Shown here piece after piece: positions 1-9,396 of a stretch of DNA of 64,000 nucleotides (the first letter of the stretch is position 1; every line of letters starts with the position of its first letter). Under the pieces are notes generated by a model that was not told where the DNA came from, did no database searches, and was given only the letters and a program-made list of their open reading frames with translations. The translations under genes were made by a program, and so were the position numbers. This DNA is from Gemmatimonadales bacterium (lineage in GTDB: Bacteria; Gemmatimonadota; Gemmatimonadetes; Gemmatimonadales; GWC2-71-9). Where the stretch lies: positions 128,001 to 192,000 of the forward strand of contig JBFGJG010000002.1 of the NCBI GenBank assembly GCA_041577295.1, given 5' to 3'.

Positions 1-312
1 GTTCGGCGCGATGATCTCTGCAGGCGGCTCGAACTTCGGCGGGTTGGCAACGTATTCGCGAATTTGCCTCGCAAGCGCCCTCATGGCGGCCGAGTCGTTG
101 GGACCTCGCTGTAGTAAGACCTCGTAGACCCCGAAATGCGCAAAGTGCGCGGCGTAGAAACTCCTGGCCGCGTTCGGGTACTCTTGGTAGAACACAAAAT
201 TGTAGGAGGCCGGCAGCCGGTACTGACCGTTACGTTGAACGATCTGGGCTTGGGCCGACACTGCAGCGCAGCACATTACACCCACCACGGTGCCCAGGGA
301 AAATCTCCACAT
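1..312 (-). CDS. Secreted hypothetical protein, 5' part (runs off the window start)
   Basis: Read manually, not in the ORF track: AAGGAG RBS, ATG at 312, MWRFSLGTVVGVMCCAAVSAQAQIVQRNGQYRLPASYNFVFYQEYPNAARSFY..., open to base 1; signal peptide with AQA cleavage motif. Confidence 0.7.
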   Translation of the reverse strand, partial: MWRFSLGTVVGVMCCAAVSAQAQIVQRNGQYRLPASYNFVFYQEYPNAARSFYAAHFAHFGVYEVLLQRGPNDSAAMRALARQIREYVANPPKFEPPAEIIAPN

Positions 313-370
313 TGTCGCAACGACTCCTTAACGAGACTAAGAGTTCAAATGCCTGTTGCGGAAACTCGTG

Positions 371-757
371 TTAGGCGATGTCTCGGGGAGGTGGATTTGG
401 AGGTGTGATCACCCTCGAGGTGGGACTCACCGTGAGAGATTGCGGTCGGGTGAGATGATCGGATGGTGTACCGCGCGATACGCTGATGCTAAGCAGTTGC
501 CCCACGCCGCTACAGGACGGCGCGACCATGCAGTTGTCCAACCCACAGTGTGCACAGCCGCGCTCCTGCCCAGGAACCAAGCCGGCTGCGGCGGAGGCGG
601 AATGGGTGTGTGCCAGCTGACGTTCCAGGTGGCACTCGCTCTCGGGCGCGGCCCGTCGATCGATCGACGCGGTGGCACCTTGAGAGGGGAACAGTAGCAC
701 ACCCGCGAACAGAGCGGTGACCCGCTGGAGGCGCCGAATACGGCGTGAGGAACGCAT
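371..757 (-). CDS. Cys/His-rich exported small protein ending in a polyproline motif (DUF2946/CutF-like leader)
   Basis: N-terminal hydrophobic segment, ECH...HTH, CAHCGLDNCMVAPSC, C-terminus PPNPPPRDIA. Confidence 0.55.
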   Translation of the reverse strand: MRSSRRIRRLQRVTALFAGVLLFPSQGATASIDRRAAPESECHLERQLAHTHSASAAAGLVPGQERGCAHCGLDNCMVAPSCSGVGQLLSISVSRGTPSDHLTRPQSLTVSPTSRVITPPNPPPRDIA

Positions 758-799
758 GACAAGCAGAAGATTACGCCGATCGAGGTGGCCGCGGTAGGT

Positions 800-853
800 C
801 CCCTCCTATCCCTCTATCCCTTCTATCCCCTCTTGGAGAGGGGATAGAAGGGG
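800..853. repeat. 9-bp CCCCTCTAT tandem repeat forming a 16-bp perfect hairpin downstream of glnA
   Basis: CCCTTCTATCCCCTCT-TGG-AGAGGGGATAGAAGGG (818-852), preceded by two more CCCCTCTAT copies; probable terminator or stabiliser. Confidence 0.75.
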
Positions 854-863
854 CGGGGCTGAA

Positions 864-2342
864 TCACACGTCGTAGTACAGGAAAAACTCGTAGGGATGA
901 GGACGGAGCGCCATCGGACCACACTCCTTGTGGCGCTTGTACTGCAGCCAGGTCTCAATGACATCTCTGGTAAACACGCCCCCTTCCATCAGAAAGTCGT
1001 GATCGCTCCCAAGGGCATCGAGTGCTTCGTTCAACGATCCCGGGGTATTCTTGACCAGCATGCGGTCCGCCGGATCGAGCTCGTAAAGGTCTTTGTCGAT
1101 AGGGGCCGGCGGCTCGATGCGATTGCGGATCCCATCGAGTCCGGCCATCAACAAGGCTGCAAAGGCCAGATAGGGATTGCAGGATGGGTCCGGTGCGCGA
1201 AACTCGATCCGCTTCGACTTTGCCGAGTCGCTGTAAACGGGGATGCGGCAGATGGCACTGCGGTTCCGTTTTGAGTACACGAGATTGATAGGGGCTTCGT
1301 ACCCAGGAACCAGCCGACGATATGAGTTCGTCGTGGGCGCTACCAGCGCCAGCAGCGCAGGCGCGTGCCGCAACAGCCCCCCGATGTAGAACCTCGCGGT
1401 CTCCGAGATCAATCCGTAGCCGTCTGCTGCATAAAAGAGGTTCTGCTCGTCCTTCCACAAGCTCTGGTGCACATGCATCCCCGATCCGTTATCTCCAAAC
1501 AGCGGCTTTGGCATGAACGTGGCCGTGTAGCCATGCGCGTTGCAGACGTTCTTGACGATGTACTTGTACATCATCACCTGGTCCGCCATTCGCACCAACG
1601 TGTTAAATCGCATGTCGATCTCGGCCTGACCCGCCGTACCAACCTCGTGGTGCTGCACTTCCACCTCGACGCCAGAGTCCTCGAGTGCCAGCATGATCCG
1701 TGACCGCAGATCTTGCATCTTGTCCAACGGGGGAACCGGGAAGTACCCCTCCTTGTGTCGCGGACGGTGAGCGAGGTTCGGCTGCCCGCCGTCGCGACCG
1801 GAATTCCAGATGCCTTCCTCCGCATCGATGTGGTAGTAGCCTTCGTGGGCGTTTTGGTCGAACCTGACCGAGTTGAACGCGTAGAACTCCGCCTCCGGAC
1901 CCCAGTAAGACGTCGTTGCGATCCCGGACTTCACGAGATAATCCTCGGCCTTGCGCGCGATGAACCGTGGATCACGACTGTACTGCCTTCCCGTGGTGGG
2001 GTCGACGATGTCGCACACCAGAACGAGCGTCGGGACTTCCAAGCAGGGATCCACAAATGCGGAGGAGGGATCCGGCATGAGCAGCATGTCGCTTTCGTGG
2101 ATCGCCTGAAACCCGCGAACGCTCGAGCCGTCGAAGCCGAGGCCCTCCGCAAACAGATCTTCTGTGAGTGCCCGCGCCGGGATGGAGAAGTGCTGCCACT
2201 GACCGGGAAGGTCGCAAAAACGCACATCAACCACTTTGACGCCGCTCTCCCTCGCCTTACTGACCACGTCGGCGGCGGAAGACGACGGGGTCGGGTCCAG
2301 TTTGAGGCCATCCGATGCTTTCGGCGGCATTGTCGCGGTCAT
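864..2342 (-). CDS. glnA: Type I glutamine synthetase (GSI-beta), copy 1
   Basis: [49 protein letters not shown]-terminal RPHPYEFFLYYDV; AAGGAG RBS before ATG 2342; beta-type insertion; DLYEL adenylylation-type Tyr. Confidence 0.97.
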   Translation of the reverse strand: MTATMPPKASDGLKLDPTPSSSAADVVSKARESGVKVVDVRFCDLPGQWQHFSIPARALTEDLFAEGLGFDGSSVRGFQAIHESDMLLMPDPSSAFVDPCLEVPTLVLVCDIVDPTTGRQYSRDPRFIARKAEDYLVKSGIATTSYWGPEAEFYAFNSVRFDQNAHEGYYHIDAEEGIWNSGRDGGQPNLAHRPRHKEGYFPVPPLDKMQDLRSRIMLALEDSGVEVEVQHHEVGTAGQAEIDMRFNTLVRMADQVMMYKYIVKNVCNAHGYTATFMPKPLFGDNGSGMHVHQSLWKDEQNLFYAADGYGLISETARFYIGGLLRHAPALLALVAPTTNSYRRLVPGYEAPINLVYSKRNRSAICRIPVYSDSAKSKRIEFRAPDPSCNPYLAFAALLMAGLDGIRNRIEPPAPIDKDLYELDPADRMLVKNTPGSLNEALDALGSDHDFLMEGGVFTRDVIETWLQYKRHKECGPMALRPHPYEFFLYYDV

Positions 2343-2464
2343 GAGCGGTCTCCTTGCTCTGTAAAGACGCCGGGCCGACCCAGCAGAGTGGGGCGACCCG
2401 GCGGTCGGTCCATAGGTGTCCAGCAACGCACGGCTGAAGCTATTGGTCGCCTGTCATGGTGTCA

Positions 2465-2480
2465 AGCATATTCTGCGCCA
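2465..2480 (-). promoter_or_regulatory. Sigma-54 (-24/-12) promoter of glnA copy 1
   Basis: TGGCGCAGAATATGCT: GG and GC separated by exactly 10 nt; AT-rich region upstream. Confidence 0.7.
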
Positions 2481-2795
2481 GATGCGTATTATGAGATACA
2501 CTAGGACATAATTGTGCGATTTGATGCGATTGTGTAGGATAGTTTGTGGATATTATGCAGTATTTTGGAAACAGTTGACGTACGACAGCCACGGGGGTGG
2601 CTGTCCACGGCTGCTCATCTCTGTCAGCTAATTGGGCTTGCGGGGTCGAGACGCGCGGCTTACGGTGGCCGGCGAGCTCCGCTCAGTCCGAGACGGAGCC
2701 CGCGTCGTCATGGGCCGGGGGGTCTTGGAAGTGCGCGGAGACGCACCCGAGGAGGACAGCTTTGGCCATGTCTCGAGGGAACCGGCGTCCGCTGA

Positions 2796-3566
2796 TTAGC
2801 GAAACTCCACGACCACCGGGGCATGATCCGAGGGCTTTTTTCCCTTGCGCTCATTGCGATCCACGAACGCCTGTGCGCACCGGTCGGCCAAGCGCTTGGT
2901 AGCGAGTACGTGGTCCAGGCGGAGGCCGTTCCCCTTGGGAAACGCCAGCATACGATAGTCCCACCATGAATAAGGTCCTGGCCCCTCGTGGTGGAGTCGC
3001 ATAGTGTCGACGAGCCCCCACGCCAGAAGGTTTCGCATGGCCTCCCTACCCTCTTCGTGGCACAACACGGTATCTCGCCACTCGTCGGGTCTGGCTACAT
3101 CACGATCTTCCGGCGCGACGTTGAGGTCGCCGCAGACTAGTAGCGGTGTATCGGGGTCGTAGCGCCGATCGAGGTAGCTGATGAGGCGGCGAAACCACTC
3201 CAACTTGTAGATCCACTTGTCGGTGCCCACTGCTGTACCGAGGGGGACGTAGGCTGAGACAATGCGCGTCGTATCCACGGTAGCCGCAATGCAGCGTGCC
3301 TCGTCGTCGTCCAGCCCATCGTCAAAGCCGCATTCGATATCTCCCGGCTCAGTCGTCCGACTCAGAATCGCCACGCCGTTGTACGTCTTCTGCCCGTAGA
3401 TCGCGGCACGGTAGCCGGCCGACTCGATCCGATCGATCGGAAACTGATCATCGGCGACTTTCGTCTCCTGCAAGCACACCACGTCCGGCGTGGTGCGCTC
3501 CAACCAGGACACGAGCCTGTCGAGGCGGGCCCGGATCGAATTGATGTTCCACGTGGCCACTCTCAT
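2796..3566 (-). CDS. xth: Exodeoxyribonuclease III
   Basis: MRVATWNINSIRAR, LQETK, YNGVAI, GDLNVA, SWWDYR, GLRLDH, SDHAPV. Confidence 0.95.
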   Translation of the reverse strand: MRVATWNINSIRARLDRLVSWLERTTPDVVCLQETKVADDQFPIDRIESAGYRAAIYGQKTYNGVAILSRTTEPGDIECGFDDGLDDDEARCIAATVDTTRIVSAYVPLGTAVGTDKWIYKLEWFRRLISYLDRRYDPDTPLLVCGDLNVAPEDRDVARPDEWRDTVLCHEEGREAMRNLLAWGLVDTMRLHHEGPGPYSWWDYRMLAFPKGNGLRLDHVLATKRLADRCAQAFVDRNERKGKKPSDHAPVVVEFR

Positions 3567-3742
3567 CGTGAGACCGCATTCCAGCGAGGCAACGCCCTCA
3601 TCTGCTCGCACTCACCGCAGCCGCAACACCGACCTCTGTGTTATCTGCTAACAGCTTGTTGTACAATTGGTTAGTATCGACCATGTGAAACGTTGTTTTA
3701 CCTAATAAATAAATTAGCGAAAGCGAAAACCGCCCCCGTTGA

Positions 3743-4651
3743 TTGCCGGGAGATGCGCCCTCGATCCATGGCAAAGCCGCCGGCGGCTCGTCAGGACGCC
3801 GGCCACCGCATAAGATACGCGTCACCCATGTCGTTTCGGAGGGATCCATCGAGTCACAGCAGCCGTTGACCGGAAGGCGAGCCATCGTGTGTGGGAGCAC
3901 CCGTGGAATCGGTCGCGCTTGTGCGTTCGAGCTGGCCAGGCTGGGTGCACACGTCACGCTGCTTGCGCGGGATGCCCAGGCACTACTGCGAACCCGGGAC
4001 GATCTGTCCAAGGCTTCGTGGCCCACACCCGAGCACGATTGCCTCGTTGCCGACTTCACGGATCCGCATCAGGTGAGTCGCCTAGTGCGGGAGTACCTCG
4101 AACGATCGGGTACCGCGGCGCACATTTTGGTCAACAACACCGGTGGCCCGCCCTCCGGCACCATCCTCGACGCCCATCACGACCAATTCGTTGCAGCGTT
4201 TGCCAGCCACCTGCTGTGCAACCATCTGCTGGCGCAGGCGGTGATCCCTGGCATGAAACGGGCTGGGTACGGGCGCATCATCAACATCGTGTCGACGTCA
4301 GTGAAGCAGCCCATTGCCGGCCTCGGGGTCTCGAACACGGTTCGCGGCGCCGTTGCGAGCTGGGCCAAGACGCTTGCGAGCGAGGTGGCGCGAAGCGGCA
4401 TAACGGTGAACAACGTGTTGCCCGGTGCCACACGAACAGACCGGCTGCTCTCGATCATCGAGCACCGCGCCAAGTCCCTTGGCGTGACTGCGCAGGAGGT
4501 CGAGCACACCATGAAAAGCGAGATCCCCGCGCGGCGCTTTGCCGAGCCGGAGGAGATTGCTGCGGCGGTTGGCTTCCTCGCTTCGCCAGCAGCCTCGTAC
4601 ATTACTGGCGTGAGTCTGGCGGTCGACGGCGGACGCACCAACTGTCTCTAG
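3743..4651 (+). CDS. SDR family oxidoreductase (true start probably later, near 3865)
   Basis: GSTRGIG Rossmann motif, LVNNTGGP, SNTVR in place of YxxxK, NNVLPG, ITGVSLAVDGG. Confidence 0.88.
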   Translation: MPGDAPSIHGKAAGGSSGRRPPHKIRVTHVVSEGSIESQQPLTGRRAIVCGSTRGIGRACAFELARLGAHVTLLARDAQALLRTRDDLSKASWPTPEHDCLVADFTDPHQVSRLVREYLERSGTAAHILVNNTGGPPSGTILDAHHDQFVAAFASHLLCNHLLAQAVIPGMKRAGYGRIINIVSTSVKQPIAGLGVSNTVRGAVASWAKTLASEVARSGITVNNVLPGATRTDRLLSIIEHRAKSLGVTAQEVEHTMKSEIPARRFAEPEEIAAAVGFLASPAASYITGVSLAVDGGRTNCL

Positions 4652-4727
4652 GATTGTCGTCGTCGCTGCCACCACGCGTAGCCGCACCGGTCACCGATGG
4701 TCCGATGGAGATCAGGAGATAGCCGTC

Positions 4728-6197
4728 ATGCTGGACATCCAGAACTACATCGGTGGCGAGTTAATCCCGCCTCAATCAAAGGCGTATCTCGACAACGTGG
4801 AGCCGGCGACGGGGCAGATCTACTCCCGTATCCCCGCGAGCGATGCCAGAGATGTCGAGCGTGCCGTGCAGGCAGCGGAAGACGCGTTTGCCGGCTGGTC
4901 GCGCGCGCCGGTGGAGGAGCGATCACGCATCCTGTTGCGCCTCGCGGACCAAATCGAGTGCCGGCTCGACGAGTTCGCCCACGCCGAGTCGGTCGACACG
5001 GGGAAACCGCTGTCCCTCGCTCGGTCAGTCGACATCCCCAGAGCGGTGAAGAACTTTCGGTTCTTCGCGACCGCCATCATGCACTTTCGGTCCGAGGCGC
5101 ACGCCACCGACTACGCCGCGCTCAACTATACACTGCGACGTCCGCGCGGCGTCGCGGGGCTCATCTCGCCGTGGAACCTCCCTCTCTACCTCCTGTCGTG
5201 GAAGGTCGCGCCGGCAATCGCCGTCGGAAATACGGCCGTGGCAAAACCGTCGGAACTCACCCCGATGACGGCTTTTAAGTTGAGCGAGTTGGCCATCGAC
5301 GCAGGCTTACCACCCGGTGTCCTGAACATTGTTCATGGCACGGGACCCGATGTCGGGGAACCCATCGTACTCCACGAGCACGTGGCGACGATCTCGTTCA
5401 CTGGAGGGACCGCCACTGGCTCGCGCATTGCATCGAAGGCGGCGCCAATGTTCAAGAAGCTGGCACTGGAGCTCGGTGGGAAGAACCCCAACATCGTGTT
5501 TGCCGACGCTGACCTGGATGAAGCGTTGGAGGGAAGCCTCCGGGCCGCGTTCGCGAATCAGGGTCAGGTCTGTCTCTGTGGATCTCGCGTGTTTGTGGAG
5601 CGCCCGGTCTTCGAGACATTCCTCGAGCGATTTGTCGCCGGAGCACGTGCGTTGAAGATCGGCGATCCGCTCGATGAACACACGCAGCAGGGCGCGGTCG
5701 TGTCACGCGCGCACTTCGAAAAAGTGATGCACTACGTCGAACTCGCGCGCGAAGAAGGTGGTGAGATCCAGTGTGGCGGCGGCGCGCCGACAGATCTCCC
5801 CGAGCGATGCAAAGACGGTTTCTTCGTTGAGCCAACCGTGGTGACGAACCTTGGCGTCAACTGCCGTACCAACCAGGAGGAAGTATTTGGCCCATTCGTC
5901 ACCGTGATGCCGTTCGAGTCCGAGACACAAGTAGTGGAATACGCCAACGCGACTCCCTACGGTCTCTCGGCATCTCTCTGGACGCAAAACCTTTCACGGG
6001 CTCATCGCGTGGCTGAAGGTCTACAAAGCGGCACGGTCTGGGTGAACTGCTGGCTCCTGCGGGATCTGCGTGTGCCCTTCGGTGGCATGAAGCAGAGTGG
6101 GGTGGGCCGCGAGGGAGGCGAGGAGGCGCTCCGGTTCTTCACCGAGCCAAAAAACGTCTGTGTGCAGGTCCCAGGGTTGGGTGGGCCGTCGCGGTGA
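4728..6197 (+). CDS. Aldehyde dehydrogenase, probably 2-aminomuconate 6-semialdehyde dehydrogenase
   Basis: PWNLP, FTGGT, LELGGKNP, NQGQVCLCGSR, EEVFGP, PFGGMKQSG; kynurenine cluster context; AGGAG RBS. Confidence 0.9.
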   Translation: MLDIQNYIGGELIPPQSKAYLDNVEPATGQIYSRIPASDARDVERAVQAAEDAFAGWSRAPVEERSRILLRLADQIECRLDEFAHAESVDTGKPLSLARSVDIPRAVKNFRFFATAIMHFRSEAHATDYAALNYTLRRPRGVAGLISPWNLPLYLLSWKVAPAIAVGNTAVAKPSELTPMTAFKLSELAIDAGLPPGVLNIVHGTGPDVGEPIVLHEHVATISFTGGTATGSRIASKAAPMFKKLALELGGKNPNIVFADADLDEALEGSLRAAFANQGQVCLCGSRVFVERPVFETFLERFVAGARALKIGDPLDEHTQQGAVVSRAHFEKVMHYVELAREEGGEIQCGGGAPTDLPERCKDGFFVEPTVVTNLGVNCRTNQEEVFGPFVTVMPFESETQVVEYANATPYGLSASLWTQNLSRAHRVAEGLQSGTVWVNCWLLRDLRVPFGGMKQSGVGREGGEEALRFFTEPKNVCVQVPGLGGPSR

Positions 6198-6616
6198 ACC
6201 GGCCACCGGCTGACACGACGAGTACACGCGCTCCGGAACCCGTGGGAGCGTTTCCCCATGCTCGGCGGGTCGGCAACTTCCTTTTCCTGTCGGGGATGGG
6301 CCCACGAAAGCGTGGTCACACGGATATTCCGGGTGTGACGTTGAGCGCCGCGGGAGAGGTGGTGTCCTACGACATCGAAATACAATGCCACGCGGTATTC
6401 GAGAACATCCGAATGGTGCTCGAGGATGCCGGTTCAAGCTGGGAGCGGATTGTTGACGTGACGGTGTTCCTCACCGACATGCAAAGAGACTTTGCGACGT
6501 TCAATCGGCTCTACGCTGAGTACTTTGTCACCAACCGTCCCACACGCACCACGGTGGAAGTAGGCCGGCTTCCCACACCGATCGCCATCGAGCTGAAAGT
6601 GATTGCGACGGTCTGA
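6194..6616 (+). CDS. RidA/YjgF family protein, probably 2-aminomuconate deaminase
   Basis: PVGAFPHARRVGN..LSG, RPTRTTVEV..LPTPIAIELKVIA; GTGA overlap with the ALDH gene. Confidence 0.88.
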   Translation: MNRPPADTTSTRAPEPVGAFPHARRVGNFLFLSGMGPRKRGHTDIPGVTLSAAGEVVSYDIEIQCHAVFENIRMVLEDAGSSWERIVDVTVFLTDMQRDFATFNRLYAEYFVTNRPTRTTVEVGRLPTPIAIELKVIATV

Positions 6617-6620
6617 GAAA

Positions 6621-7238
6621 TCAGAGCGTGCGCAGCACCGCCCTCACGGGACTGGCATCGAATCCCACCAGTCGAAGCGGCAGCGCGATGAGCTCATAGA
6701 GACCCTCAGGAACGTTGTGCAGCACGAGACCCTCGAGAATCGTGATGTCGTATTTCACGCACGCCTTGTGTGCTCGTAGATCCTTGGACGTGCTCGGATC
6801 CACGCTCGGCGTGTCGATCCCGACTAGGGTGACCTCTAGCCGGTTGAGATGCGCAATGGCGTCTGGCGTGAAAGCGGCGAAATCGTCGTTCCAGTCAGTT
6901 GGATCGGGAAAGGTGCCGGTGGCAATCAACACGCGAGGCGCTCGCACCCGTTCGCCAATCAACTCAGGTGTGATCAACTTCCCGCGCGGGACGCTCACCC
7001 GGATCACCTGGCACGGTCCCAGGTAACGCTGCAGATCGACCTCGTCCACCGATGGTGCCGCTGCACTGATGTGGCTCGGCGCATCCGTGTGTGCTCCAAT
7101 GTGGACGGTCGAGTGCACGCTCGAAAGCGTCAGGTGATCACCTGCCGCCAACTCCAGCAGCACTTCTCGAGACAACGGGGTATCGCCTGGAAAGACGCTG
7201 CTATTCGCCGAAACGGGTGGAGAGATATCGTACAACAT
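6621..7238 (-). CDS. kynB: Kynurenine formamidase (cyclase family)
   Basis: HIGAHTDAPSH metal motif, GIDTPSVD, ILEGL, DASPVRAVLR. Confidence 0.92.
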   Translation of the reverse strand: MLYDISPPVSANSSVFPGDTPLSREVLLELAAGDHLTLSSVHSTVHIGAHTDAPSHISAAAPSVDEVDLQRYLGPCQVIRVSVPRGKLITPELIGERVRAPRVLIATGTFPDPTDWNDDFAAFTPDAIAHLNRLEVTLVGIDTPSVDPSTSKDLRAHKACVKYDITILEGLVLHNVPEGLYELIALPLRLVGFDASPVRAVLRTL

Positions 7239-7241
7239 GGG

Positions 7242-8063
7242 CTAGAGCTTTTCTCGAACCGCCCACAGATCGTGAAATACCGGACGAAAGAGCGATTGCT
7301 TGAGGAAATCGACTCCCACCGATCCACCAGTCCCCCGCTTGTGGCCGATGGCGCGCTCGGCAAGCTTCACGTGCCGGTAGCGCCACTCTTGCATACCCTC
7401 ATCTAGATCCGTCATGAGCTCGAACAGAATCGCCACGTCTGGCCGCTCCCGATAGAGCCGCAGGACCCCGTCCTGGACCTGCACATTGGGCTCTGCTGAG
7501 AGCGTGGGGTCCTTTTGCTTGAGCTGCTCAGGAATCACCACACCCTGATGTTCCAGAAAGTCGTAGAAGTGATCAACGATCGAGCGGTCTCGCAACCGCT
7601 TTTCGAGCTTCTTGCGTTCCGATGTACCTGGAGCAAACGTCTCGATCATCTTGCTACGCTTGAACCCCATTACAAACTCCAACTCCCTGAACTGACATGA
7701 CTGGAATCCGGACGCGGTCTCTAGCCGGTCGCGAAACGCGGTGAACGACATGGGTGTCATCGTCTCGAGAATATCGAGCTGACCTACCAGGGTTTTCATG
7801 ACCGTGCGGATGCGTTTGAAGGTCGCGATCGCACCGAAGAGATCGTTACTACTGAGGTCCCGTTTCACCTTGTCGATCTCGTGCAGGACCAGTTTGAACC
7901 AGAGCTCATACACTTGATGAATCACAATGAACAACAACTCATCGTGTTCGGGGGGATCCGAACGAACGTCCTGTAGATCGAGCAGCTTGTGCAGCTTGAG
8001 GTATTCCGTGTACGTCAGATCCATCCTATTGATCTCCGAGTTTCGCGTCGCCTCAACACCCAT
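7242..8063 (-). CDS. kynA: Tryptophan 2,3-dioxygenase (alternative start 8024)
   Basis: YTEYLKL, HDELLFIVIHQVYELWFK, ASGFQS.QFRELEF, WRYRH, GTGGS. Confidence 0.95.
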   Translation of the reverse strand: MGVEATRNSEINRMDLTYTEYLKLHKLLDLQDVRSDPPEHDELLFIVIHQVYELWFKLVLHEIDKVKRDLSSNDLFGAIATFKRIRTVMKTLVGQLDILETMTPMSFTAFRDRLETASGFQSCQFRELEFVMGFKRSKMIETFAPGTSERKKLEKRLRDRSIVDHFYDFLEHQGVVIPEQLKQKDPTLSAEPNVQVQDGVLRLYRERPDVAILFELMTDLDEGMQEWRYRHVKLAERAIGHKRGTGGSVGVDFLKQSLFRPVFHDLWAVREKL

Positions 8064-8064
8064 T

Positions 8065-9396
8065 TCAGCCGACCAACCACCACATCCCCACTCCGGCGAG
8101 CGCCAAAAGGACGATCGTGATCCCTACGACGGTGCGCCACTGAAGCCGGTTGCGCCGAACGGCATCGGCATAAGGTGTCAGCGTGAACGTTACCATCGAA
8201 TACAGCGGTACGAACCATCGCGGGAACGCCCGATGCAACACTTTCTCCAGCTTCTTCTTGGCGAGAAACGTACGGGAGGCCACTCTGTCTCGCATCTCGA
8301 GGAAGTTTTCCACGGCCAGATCCGCCAGGGCGTCTGCATGCAACTTTCTGAGATCCTGATAGGCAGCGAACGCCTGCCCCCAGTCCGGGGCGTGCACCCT
8401 CAAGCAACGATCGAGGATCACGCAATCCTCGAAGGCGGCATTGGCACCCTGCCCGTAGAACGGAACGACCGCGTGGCAAGCATCTCCAACGAGCACGAGC
8501 CGATCCCGATAATGCCACGGAGCGCAACGGATGGTCACGAGAGAGCTCGTGGGATTGCCAAAGTAATCCTCAACGAGCGTTGGCATGAGGGGGACGGCGT
8601 CGGCGAACACCTTTTCGAAGAATCGTTCCACGCGTTGTGCTGAATCGAGTGCGGCAAAGCTGTTCGGACCCTCGAACGGCCAGAACAACGTGCAGGTGAA
8701 GGAACCATCGTGGTTGGGGAGCGCGATCATCATGAAGCCCCCACGAGGCCAGATATGCAGCGCGTTGGGCTCGAGCGCGAACACTCCTTTTTCGAGCGGA
8801 GGGATCTCGAGCTCTTTATAGCCGTGCTCGAGGTACGCCTGTTCGTAATTGAACCGGTCGAGCCGTAACATCTGACGACGGGTCATCGAATACGCTCCGT
8901 CGGCACCGACAATCACGCCACCGTCCGTCGTAAACCCCTGGCCGGTTTCTGTATTCTCGAGAGTGATCGTTCCCGAATCGAGGTCGAGGTCGACACACTT
9001 CGTAGAAAAGCACATCTCCACATTTGGGTGCGATGCTGCCGCTTCGATGAGGAGGAGATTGAGGCCGTTGCGAGACACGGAGTGGATCACCTCCGCTTCG
9101 TCCACGCCGTACGGCTGGAAGGTGAGCTGCCCGTGCTCGTCGTGCATCATGCGACCACGCATCGCGACGGCCATTTCCAACACGCGGTCGGCCAGATCGA
9201 CCTGCGAAAGTGCGTGAAGACCGCGAGTCGAGATGGCGAGGTTGATCGATCGCCCTCCTGCCAGTGGATCGATGCGAGGATCGGGACGTCTATCGAATAC
9301 CGTAACCCGATGTCCCTGGCGTCCGAGGTAGACAGCCATGAGTGCTCCGGCCAACCCGGCTCCCAGGACAGTGAAACGACCCGTCGGTGCGCTCAT
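8065..9396 (-). CDS. kmo: Kynurenine 3-monooxygenase
   Basis: GAGLAG, GRSINLAISTRG, ALHIWPRG, GDACHAVVPFYGQG, PLYSMVTF; C-terminal hydrophobic helix. Confidence 0.93.
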   Translation of the reverse strand: MSAPTGRFTVLGAGLAGALMAVYLGRQGHRVTVFDRRPDPRIDPLAGGRSINLAISTRGLHALSQVDLADRVLEMAVAMRGRMMHDEHGQLTFQPYGVDEAEVIHSVSRNGLNLLLIEAAASHPNVEMCFSTKCVDLDLDSGTITLENTETGQGFTTDGGVIVGADGAYSMTRRQMLRLDRFNYEQAYLEHGYKELEIPPLEKGVFALEPNALHIWPRGGFMMIALPNHDGSFTCTLFWPFEGPNSFAALDSAQRVERFFEKVFADAVPLMPTLVEDYFGNPTSSLVTIRCAPWHYRDRLVLVGDACHAVVPFYGQGANAAFEDCVILDRCLRVHAPDWGQAFAAYQDLRKLHADALADLAVENFLEMRDRVASRTFLAKKKLEKVLHRAFPRWFVPLYSMVTFTLTPYADAVRRNRLQWRTVVGITIVLLALAGVGMWWLVG

